From: the human T2T-CHM13v2.0 reference genome, Homo sapiens
Direction: 5' to 3' (one strand)
Length of the DNA stretch: 64,000 nt
Assembly: GCF_009914755.1 (NCBI RefSeq)
Contig: NC_060936.1
In this document: positions 37,641 through 48,430 of the stretch, in pieces
Position numbering within the stretch: position 1 is the first letter of the stretch
Layout of the letters: each line of letters opens with the position of its first letter
The notes under the pieces: generated by a model
What the model saw: only the letters and a program-made list of their open reading frames with translations
The model's database searches: none
Told to the model about the DNA's origin: nothing
Position numbers and translations under genes: made by a program

Positions 37641-38227
37641 ACAACTCATATTTACTTCATTATTGATGTCTGGACTTACTCCTTCCATTTCTTCTGTATC
37701 TGCTATGTATTATTCTCCTTTGTCATACATTTATACAATATTTTTAATTGATTTGGTTTTGTTTATTTTTCTTTGGTTTTTGAAAGTTACCCTTAACTCT
37801 TAAATGCACATCTTTCAAAACATATATTTGCATATTTGTCATAAATCAAACCAAAAGAGAATTCCTGTTTTTCCTTAGAACTGCCCCTACCCTTTTCTTC
37901 TCTGCCTCAGTTTAATATATCAAGTTGCTGAGACTAAAATAACTTGAAAATCACATTCAATTTTTTTTTATTCACCTCCCATATGCAAACCTGTATTTCT
38001 AGTACCTAAAATGGAGTTTGCCAAATATTAGCCACCTAATATACCTTTGCTGTGTAAATAAATATTTCTAACAAAATATTTAATGTTTTTTGTTAGAATC
38101 TAGAAGCAGGTTATACCTATAAACCCACAAACTAGGACACAGAAGGTATCATTTGCTCTTCTCCCTCCATCCAACATCAACTGCTGATTTGAGAACACCT
38201 AAGATTTTAGTTTCATGTAACTAAACA

Positions 38228-38372
38228 CTCTTTTTTCCTTTCTTTCTTTCTTCCTCCATCCCTCCATCTCTGCTTCTTTCCTTCTTCCTCCTTCCTTCCT
38301 TTTTTTTTCCTTTCTTCCCTTTATTCCTTCCCCTCCTTGCATTTTTTCCTTTCATTTTTTTCTTCATTCTTA
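38228..38372. repeat. CT-rich low-complexity tract
   Basis: Degenerate (TTCC/TTTC)n. Confidence 0.85.
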
Positions 38373-41300
38373 TAGGTGCATTTGTTCAATACTGTTTCTT
38401 ATATTCTACAAATTTCTTTGCATTTTCTGTCTAGCATATACTCTCATCTTTCTGAATATATTAATTCTATTTCAAGCTTTCCTTAACTTTACCTGATTAA
38501 CTGCATTTCTTCAATATTATTTCTCCTGTTTTATTTTTTATTATTTTTAAGCTTAGGTCTGTTTCATAATATTGGTTTTCTGTAAGTATTTGGAGATGAT
38601 AATGCGTTTCTTTACAAGAAATTTTTGTTCAACTATTTGCTTGTGTCATTTCTATTTAGTGTGCCTGTCTCGAATGACTGAGCTTCTAGCCCCTGTGTGT
38701 CATTAGTTCATGTTCCGGATGGGAAAGGAGCAATATCAGCATCACCCTCAGGCTACTGTCACATTTTATATCACACATATTGCTCTCTTTTTCTAATGCA
38801 ATTTTTCAACCAATCACCTAAATGCTGGTTCCTGCCTGCTTCTAGTGTCTATTCCTTTTATTTTTAGTCACAGTGAAATCACTCTAAATTATGGGTGGTA
38901 ATTCCTCTCCTATAACCTTCTCCTTCATCTGTTAATCTATCATGGAAGGTTTTCCCTAAATTTTTCAAACCAATGTCACTTTTTATTTGCAAAGTTTTAA
39001 TGAATTACTTTTTTCTCCTTTTGCTTTCATTTTTTTCTTCTCTTACTCATTATTCATTTTTATTATATTGCCTATCATTTCTAGTTATGTGGGAAACTAA
39101 GATAAATTAGTTCTTGTGCTTAGTTTGCCACTCTTATCTAATCTTTTTAACATCCTTTTTTGTTGTTAAGAACAAAAAAGCTTTTCTAGTGACTAAATTT
39201 CACATGCAAAAATCTTTGTTTGCAAAATAAATTACACTAAAAATTCTGTAACAAAATATTCCTAGGACCTTCATGGTTCATTCTCTAATAACTTGAAATA
39301 ATGGCTTGATGCCCCATTGTATGCAGAATTTTTCATTCCTAAACAATTGATACTCTCTCCATTCATTTTTTAATATAGCATTCTACCTCTGGCAATTGTC
39401 AGTGTCACTCAAATCTTTCTTTCTTCTTTTCTCTAGTCTTGTTTCTCTGCCTCTCATTACCCAGTTTAAAACAAAACAAAACAAAAAACCCACAGCTCTC
39501 ATCCATTGATTTCCTGAACAATACTCACACAAGACCATTTTGTGTAAAATACGATTACTCAAGATGTGAGGGTAATAGATAAGAGGATATTATGCTATAT
39601 TAAGCACAGCTAAAAGCCTAACATTAACTATTACAACTCTGTATTTACAAATTATTTATCTCTTTGCAAAAGCTTTGCTTAGTTTCTGGCTACATCTGTG
39701 TGCCTTTCCCACTCCAAACCTCCACCCTCCCATTTTGCCTGACAACCTACTGTTGAGGACCCTTTCTTAAACTAACTACTAATTTTGTCATTTAAAAAAT
39801 TCCTACTACAAGTCATTTTTGGACAAATGAAGTGAACTTTTATTACTGAAGCTAATATTTGAAGTGAGTAATCATTTCTGGTCTTTCATGGTGCTGGCAA
39901 AACTACATTTTCCATCTTGTTCTTTAAGATGTTTTAATTATAATAGGGTATCTAGTATAATATTACTTTTTTAAATGTGGTTTTCCCTTAGTTTCTGGCT
40001 CTAACCCTGCTTCTCTGGAGTGCTGTTGACCTGATATAAGGCATAGAAGTCAGCTACCCTAATTGAGAAGGTAGTTGTGAATAAGTAATTTGGGAATAAG
40101 AGAAAAATCAAAGGAAGAAACTGAGTCATCCTTCAAAAAGTAAACACCTAACCTTAAAGGAGAGGACAAAAACAAAGTCTCAAAAACTAGCAAGAGGTAG
40201 TCAGTCACAAAGCGGTAAAAATATTCCAGCAGAACTGAAAGTCAATCTCCTTTGAAAAGAAAAGTTTGCAAATGAAAGTTCAAAGATGCACAGAAGCTTG
40301 AGGCAAGTCTATTTTCAGAGGTTTCTAACTTTCATGCAAAGTCAAAGGGAGGAAAAATTTTATCTACATGAATACATTTATGTATAGATGTCCATAAACC
40401 ACTATGTATAAAGTATATTGATTCAAGAAGTCAGAAAGGGGTAAAAATAACAGAAACTCAAATCTTCCATATTCCTCTATCCATTTCTGCTAAGAGACCC
40501 TCATCAGGTATCTGTGTATTAATAAACAATGCCCGCATTTCCCATATTTCTCTAGAAATAGAAACTGATTACTAATGACATGAATGCTTATATGATCTGA
40601 TAACTTTTTAAAGAATATAAATATTAGTGTATAACTGCAGTATTCAAAAAGTCAGAGAACATAGTTCACGTCTTTGGTGTGTAAATTCTTAGCCTGGGTC
40701 TCCCACTTAGATATGTATACTAATGCCAGAGAAATTATATATTATATCAAAATGTAGAGAGGCAGGATAAAACTAGAGCATGAGTTCTTACTCCATTTAC
40801 CCCAGGAAGGAAATGAAAATATGGAATTAGATGACATCGCCTCCTCAAGAAACAATAAAAATGGCTTGTTTTAAGAGAGGCGGCATTTTTTTATATGCCC
40901 TTCTGATCCATGATCATTTTCTGAGGACTCAAAGGAGAACAGAAACTGATACCTAGATATTTCTTCTAAAAGTAAAGTATCAGCAGCCTTAAAATACTTT
41001 TGAAACGCAGCTCTATGACAGAAATCATGCCATTAAATCATATAAAATAATACCTAAAGATGAATTACAGGAGGTGAGACATTTTCCCATGGTGTTACCA
41101 TTTCAACATAAGATGCATCACATCCCCCCGGAGAGATGGGTTGGGGGAGGGCCTAGTACTATGTGTGGCTAGTAGCCTATGGAATACAGGGTTGAGGGGT
41201 AGGGAATCATTAGATTTCCATTTCCCATACAATCAGTGAGCCAGTTTCCACCACTGGCCATTGGGAATTCTCACTCATACACAGCATGGTGGCTGGTCTG

Positions 41301-42414
41301 TTTCTACTCATCAGCTTGGTCCTTCAGATACAGCACTTTGTTGTCTTCACACTTGGATGTCTCTGTCCAGTCCCTCCATTCATATACATATGGTCCAAAT
41401 CAATCTTATGCTTCTTTTGTTGTTTTCGTTATTATTGTCATTTGGACTTTAGTGGGGTATTGGGATTTTTATGAACCATTGGGTAAATTTCAATAGTTAA
41501 AATTCATTCAAATATGTAAGTAAATACAAATTAATATCTTACTTTTAAATGGTTTTCAAGGCATTTTCCAAATTTAGAAACATCCTTAAGAATATCTAGT
41601 ATTTTCAAGAAATATAAAATTGCCGAACTTTAGCAATTCTTCAGTTTTACTTTTCTCCTCTAAGAGTAGTTGATTCCAGGTAGCCTGATTAAAAAAAAAA
41701 AAAATCAGCTTCATCAATGCATGTGTGGTGCTTATGTAATTCCTCATTCAGCTTTATTCTTTTTGTTTTTAGAAACAAATCACATGAAAGGAAATATCTG
41801 GCTCCAGTCAGGCACCATTTCAGTTATAAAAGATAAGGAATTAAAATTTTACATCTCAGAATGAGCTCCTTGCCTTTTGGAATATTCTTTATGGCTCTCT
41901 CTTATAGCTGCAGCCATGCCACTTTTTCTCTTTTGTCTCCTGAACACTATTACTCAGAATCCATTACCTGTTGTGGGTCTTGCATGCATTTTGGGCCGAT
42001 AAAGGTTGTGGGGAAGAGGTAGCTTTTGTCTACTTTTACCGAAAATGGCATCGGGTTTCCGTTTTCCTTTACCTCTCTATCATTTACAATCATCAAACTG
42101 GAAGTTAGATTGATATAATTACTTGTTAAAATACCCCTTTTCTATAAGCTTGAAGTAAAAAGATTTTCACTTCGGGAATGGAGAGTTTTCATTTGGTGCT
42201 TTTCCTGAATATTTATTACAGAGATGCGTAAGAAACTGTAATTTCTGTCTGTTTTGTATGTGCCCTAATGCCCATCCAGGATTCCTCCCAAGCAGGTAAT
42301 TAACCTTTTTAAAGAGAGAAAACTTGGGACTTAGAAACAAAGCACTCTACTTTCAACCAACCTCTGTAGGCAGAGGAATTGGGGGTTTCAACTGGGCTAA
42401 AATCTCCTATGATA

Positions 42415-43660
42415 GTCATTCTTTATTTATAAAAAAATTAATGTCTTGCCTACTATGTGTTGTGTTCTATTGCAGGTGACAAAGATAAAGCAGGAACTAT
42501 TAAACTAAAAATCAATATTAACAATTCTGCCTTCAGGGATTTTACATGCTAGTGAGGAGACACAGACAATAAACAAGATAAATATATACTATGTTAATGA
42601 TTATATATTACATTATATTATAATACATTTATATAAATATTTTATTTATATTATCTATTATAATACAATTTTTAAGTATTAAGAAAGAAAATAAAGTAGG
42701 GCAATGGGACAGATAGAGTTGGGGGAGGGTATTAAAGTTACAGAAAAAGGAGTTAAGAAAGACCTTACAGAGGAGATCTTTGAGGAAATACTTGGGGGAA
42801 GTGAGGAAAAGAACTATGTGGCTTCCTTCAAGTATTTCCTCAAAAGTCTCCCTATTAAGCCTCTCAGATACTTTATCTATAACCATAATTTCAGCAGACT
42901 CCTCCAGCTGTCTTTGTCTCTATGCCTTACTTCATTTTTTTCTTCAATATTTAAATATTCTTATTTGAAGAGAAAGTGCAGAGGCTCAGATGTGGGAGTG
43001 GTTGGGCATGTTCAGCTAACAGTAAGGAGGCTGAGTGGCTGCAGCAAAACACTCAGATGAAAGCTGTAGAAGAAAAATAAAAGGAATAGGCCGGGCACGG
43101 TGGCTCACACCTGCAATCTCAGCACTTTGGGAGGCCGAAGCAGGCGGATGACTTGAGGTCAGCAGTTTGAGAGCAGCCTGGCCAACATGGTAAAACCTCA
43201 TCTCTACTAAAAATACAAAAATCAGCCGGTCGTTGTGGTGCATGCCTATAATCCCAGCTATTTGGGAGGCTGAGGCAGGACAATATCTTGAGCCCAGGAG
43301 GTGGAGGTTGTATTGCTGAGATGGTGCCACTGCACTTTAGCCTGGGCAACAAAGACAGACTGTCCTAAATAAATAAATAAATAAAAATAATCAGGGGAGT
43401 AGTGGATGGTATGATTGTGAGGGCCTGGTGGGCCATTATGAGAACATTGGCTTTCATTCTGAGTCAGATGCAAAGCCATTGAAGGGTTTTTGAGAAAAGA
43501 GACACAGGGTACAATGATTCAGACAAGAGATGATGATGGCAACACTGAAGGGGTGACAATTGGATGTAACCTGGGAATATTTGACAGCTACAGCAGTAGG
43601 CTTTACTGATTTAAAAAAAAAAAAAAGATGTGCAGTAAATAATGACTCCCAGGTATAAAG
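42415..43660 (-). mobile_element. L2a element carrying an internal inverted duplication and an Alu
   Basis: tcattctttattta...gcctactatgtg...ctgccttcagggattttacatgctagtgaggagacacagacaataaacaag...gcaaagccattgaagggttttt. Confidence 0.8.
43089..43390 (+). mobile_element. AluS (Sz/Sx-like)
   Basis: ggccgggcacggtggctcac...acttgaggtcagcagtttgagagcagcctggccaacatgg; (AAAT)n tail. Confidence 0.93.
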
Positions 43661-43889
43661 TCTCTAATAGATCTGAAATTGCAAAATCATCCCTTCCTGT
43701 ATTCCATGACCTCTGAATTCAGAGAATTTGGAGTTCCTCTAAGGCCAAAATGGGAACAGATTCTGCTATGACCTCTGCAACAGATTTTTCATGAATGTTT
43801 ATGGTTTTCATTTAACTTGTTCAGCCTCTCAGTAAGTTGTATATATTCAATTTGCTTTCTTCATGAAATTCCTTAAAAATGTCTGCTCC

Positions 43890-44180
43890 AGCCAGGTGTT
43901 TTGGTTCACACCTGTAATTCCAGTGCTTCAGGAGGCCACCTCCGGAGGATTGCTTGAGGCCAGGAATTCAAGACCAGCCTGGGCAATATAGTGAGACCCC
44001 AATCTCTACCAAAAAAAAAAATCAGCCAGGCATAGTGGCACATATCTGTAGTTTTAGCTATTCAGGAGGCTGAGGCAGGGGGATCACTTGAGCCCAGGAG
44101 TTTGAGACTGCAGTGAGCTTTGAACACACCATTGCACTTCAGCCTGGGCAACACAGAGAGAGCCTATTTCTAAAAAAAAA
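43890..44180 (+). mobile_element. AluJ
   Basis: ggaggattgcttgaggccagga...gggcaatatagtgagaccc...ggatcacttgagcccaggagtttgagactgcag. Confidence 0.92.
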
Positions 44181-44224
44181 GTCACTCCATTCATAACACT
44201 CTTTCCTGTTTTCAGTATAATTAT

Positions 44225-44939
44225 TGCTATGGTTTGACTGTCTTTGCTACTTTTAATATTCATGATGAAATTTAATTCTGGATGCAAGGGTATTGGGAGG
44301 TGTGGCCTTTGGGAAGTGATGGAGTCATAAGGGCTCTGCTCTCCAGTGGGATTAGGTGCCCTTATAAAAGGGCTTGGTCAGGCACAGTGGCTCACACCTG
44401 TAATCCCAATACTTTGGGAGGCCAAAGAAGAAGGATCTCTGGAAGCCAGGTCAATACAAGCCTAGGCAATATAGTGAGACCCTGCCGCTAAAAATCATTT
44501 TAAAAAAAAATAGCTGGGCATGGTGGTGCGTACCTGTAGTCTCAGCATCTTGGGAAGCTGAGGTTGCCTTGATCCTCAAGGCAGGAAGATCACTTGAGTC
44601 CAGGAGTTATAGGCTTCAGTAAGCTATGAACTCACCACTACATTCCAGCCTGAGTGACAGAGAGAGACTCTATCTCTAAACACATTTAAAATAAAATAAA
44701 AATAAATAAAAGAGCTTGATTGAGGCAGTTTGCCCCCTTATTTCTCTTCCACTGTTCTGCCATGTGAGGACATAGCTTTGGTCCTCACTGAGGGATGCAA
44801 CCCTCACCAGACAACTGGACTTGCAGGTACTTTGATCTTGGAGTTCTCAGCCCCCAGAACTGTGAAAAATAATTTCTGTTTTTGATACACTATCCAGTCT
44901 CAGATATTTTGTTTAAATATCACAAAATGAACTGAGACA
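44225..44939 (+). mobile_element. MST (C/D-like) MaLR solo LTR split by AluJ
   Basis: tgctatggtttgactgt...gcccttataaaagggctt | gattgaggc...gccatgtgagga...actgagaca; TSD attat/gttat. Confidence 0.82.
44376..44705 (+). mobile_element. AluJ
   Basis: ggtcaggcacagtggctcacacctgtaatccc...; TSD ataaaag(g/a)gctt. Confidence 0.92.
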
Positions 44940-45049
44940 GTTATGGTTTCTTCTTCCTTTTTAAACTTAATTTTCTGTAATTTTAATAAGATTTAAAGGG
45001 AGACGAGAATAAATCAGGCAGAATTTGACAAAGAATATGCATCCTTGTG

Positions 45050-45290
45050 ATTAGAAATGAGAGCTCTGGCACCAGATTTTCTGATTTTGAATGTAAATTC
45101 TTACCCACACTGCAGTTCAGTGGGACTGTGGTCAGGTCAGTCTCCGTGTGCCTCAGCTTCCTCGTGTATTAAATGTGAATGCTATCTACCTTATATATGA
45201 ATATTAAAAAATTAGTCCTGTAAAACACTCAGAAAAGTTCCTGGGACTCAAAATCATTTAACAAGTACCACATAATTGTTATTGTTATTT
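45050..45290 (+). mobile_element. MIR
   Basis: gagctctggcaccaga...ctccgtgtgcctcagcttcctcgtgtattaaatg...tgtaaaacactcagaa. Confidence 0.7.
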
Positions 45291-45944
45291 AAGTTTATCT
45301 CTTTGCTCTGATTCTTTATAGTTTTGGTGGAAGTCTAAGAGTTCTTTTGAAATACACGCAGCCATATCTGCTGCGAAGCTGAACTTGAAAATATGTTTAC
45401 TTTCCTCAAAGAAATAAATTATTCAAAACCTAGACACAAACATCACACAAAAAATGAAAAATAGAACATTTTTATCTCTGAACAGCAAAAAACCTTGAAG
45501 ATTAAGGTCTGACAACATTTCCTGTATAATTAGAGTTCAGAAGAACACAACATATCTCTGTGCAGGTCTTCTTTATAAAGCAAAGTTTGACTTGAAAGTT
45601 ATCATTTTAAAGCTTCACTCTTCCTCAGGTATTATCATTTAATAACATTTTACTTACAGCTATCCAGTGAGGAAAGCATCATTTATCTAGATGAAATATT
45701 CTTTATCCTCTACCAAAATGAGTGTCCTTGGTGATAGGTGAAGACTTTTGGTTTCCCTAAGGAAGTATTAATATGCATATGTAAAATCAGGTAGCTTTTT
45801 ATTTAATTGCGTATTTTCCACTTTTCGTTTTTCTGATCTGCATGTTGCTTTCATTTTGTGTTTTAATTATCTCTCTCTCTTCCTCACCCCCTCCATCTGT
45901 AAATATTAGGAGTTTTCTTGCTTTGTTTACATTTTTATGTATGT

Positions 45945-46171
45945 CAGGATTTCTTAACAGATGCACTATTGATATTTTGGGTCAGGTAATTCTTGCTTGT
46001 GCTTGGTTGTGTGTTGTCTTGTGCATTTTACGGTGTTTGACATCATCCTTGGCCTCTACCCACTAGATTCCAGTATCACCCCTACCCTTCAAATTATGAC
46101 AATCATAAATGTCTCCAAACATCAACATGTATTCCTCAGGGGACAAAATTATCCCCAGTTGAGAACCATTG
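45945..46171. mobile_element. MER20 hAT-Charlie MITE
   Basis: gcactattgatattttgggtcaggtaattctt...catccttggcctctacccactagat...aatgtctccaaacat...cccagttgagaaccattg. Confidence 0.92.
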
Positions 46172-46920
46172 ATTCATATAATTTCTGTTTATCTTCTTAT
46201 ATATTTTATGATTTATGTGACTTTTGTCTCACATCACATCATGATGGCTTTGTGTTTTTTTCTGAACTTTAGTTCTCAGTTCACACAAGGCTTTGTGGTA
46301 TACTGGGAAGAACATGGCACTAGCCTTCAGAAGATCTAGATTTTGGTTCCTGTACCTGACTCCAGAAATCTAAACTTAGACAACACACTCATTTAGTTGA
46401 TTCCTGAGTTTCCTCAACCATAAAATGACTGAACTAGATGATGTTTAAGGCCTAAATAAAATTTAAAATGTTAAGATGACATTTAAATGGACACAAATGA
46501 TTTCTAAGTATGTAATATTGCAATATATATATTTTAATCTTCTCTCTTTAATTTTACTGCAGCTCTAGTTTTCTGCATTTCTTTTCATTCTATTTCAACA
46601 ATTTTACTTGTGATTTTATTACACTTTTAAACTATAAACATGGCTTCAACTATTACTTTTTTGGTAAATCTCTCTATTCTCATCTAATTTTTGTAATTTA
46701 TTGTCAAAATGCAAAGTTCTCCTAACAAATTTACAAACTAGAAATGTGGGTATCACTCAGAGAGTTTAAGTTATTTTCTGTAGGTTAGGAAGAAACTAAT
46801 TTATCAAATTGAAATAAGTTTAAAGACACAAATATAGATTATTCTTTTGTTACATCATTTTGCCTGTTAAAAAAGATGAGATAATAATGACTGTTTTGAA
46901 AACTTTGTATGTTTATACTT

Positions 46921-48200
46921 TGTATATATATACACATATATGTGTATATATGTATTTTTGATCCTATATGTATATATATGTATTCTAAGTTACTTCACTT
47001 AGAATAGTATATATATACACATATATACATATATACATATATACACATATATACATATATACATATATACACATATATACATATATACATACACATATAT
47101 ACATATATGCATATGTGTATACGTGTATACACATATGCATATGTGTATACGTGTATACACATATGCATGTGTATACGTGTATACACATATGCATGTGTAT
47201 ACGTGTATACGTGTATACATATATACATACGTGTATACGTGTATACATATATACATACGTGTATACGTGTATACATATATACATACGTGTATACGTGTAT
47301 ACATATATACATACGTGTATACGTGTATACATATATACATACGTGTATACGTGTATACATATATACATACGTGTATACGTGTATACATATATACATACGT
47401 GTATACGTGTATACATATATACATACGTGTATACGTGTATACATATATACATACGTGTATACGTGTATACATATATACATACGTGTATACGTGTATACAT
47501 ATATGTATACGTGTATACATATATATGTATACACGTATATATACATATATGTATACATGTATACATGCATACATATATGTATACATACACATATTTATAT
47601 ACACATATGTATATATACACATATATGTATATACGTATATATGTGTATATATGTATATATGTATGCATGTATACATATATGTATATGCACATATATGTAT
47701 ATATCTATACACGTATACATACATGTATATGCACATATATGTATACATATGCGTATGTATACATATGTGTATGTATACCTATACGTGTATAGGTATACAT
47801 ACATGTATACATATGTGTATGTATACCTATACGTGTATAGTATACCTATACACGTGTATAGGTATACATGTATGTATACCTATACACGTGTATAGGTATA
47901 CATACATGTATACCTATATACGTGTATAGGCATACATGTATACCTATATACGTGTATAGGCATACATGTATACCTATATACGTGTATAGGCATACATGTA
48001 TACCTATATACGTGTATAGGCATACATGTATGTATACAGGTATACATATGTATGCATGTATACATGTATACATGTATGTGTATATGTATACATGTATGTG
48101 TATATGTATACATGTATGTGTATATGTATACATGTATGTGTATATGTATACATGTATGTGTATATGTATACATGTATGTGTATATGTATAGATATGTATT
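46921..48200. repeat. Compound alternating purine-pyrimidine mini/microsatellite
   Basis: 28-mer gtgtatacatatatacatacgtgtatac x10 (47211-47490); 30-mer tacctatatacgtgtataggcatacatgta x4 (47911-48030); 20-mer catgtatgtgtatatgtata x6 (48071-48190). Confidence 0.98.
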
Positions 48201-48306
48201 TTTGATCCCCCAATTTTGATAAATTGATAATAAATTTTGATTTAAATTATATTTTGATAATAAATTATAAAAATTAGATGAGAATAGAGAGATTTACCAA
48301 TATACC

Positions 48307-48397
48307 ATATATATATATATATATATATAATGGAATACTACACAACCATAAAAGGAATAAATAAATGGCATTCACAGCAACCTGGATGAAATTGGAG
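48307..48397 (+). mobile_element. L1PB 3' segment, inverted relative to the adjacent L1PB
   Basis: (TA)n then aatggaatactacacaaccataaaagg...gcaacctggatgaaattggag. Confidence 0.85.
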
Positions 48398-48430
48398 TGA
48401 ATCATTCAGATAGATAGATAGATAGATAGA

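Noticed and set aside
43089-44705. Three nearby Alus as a dsRNA/ADAR substrate
   Set aside because: All three are in the same orientation, so there is no inverted pair.
46985-48213. Long Y/I/H/V/C/M/T-rich ORFs (up to 268 aa) in all six frames
   Set aside because: Artefact of a stop-free RY minisatellite: strict purine-pyrimidine alternation cannot encode TAA, TAG or TGA.
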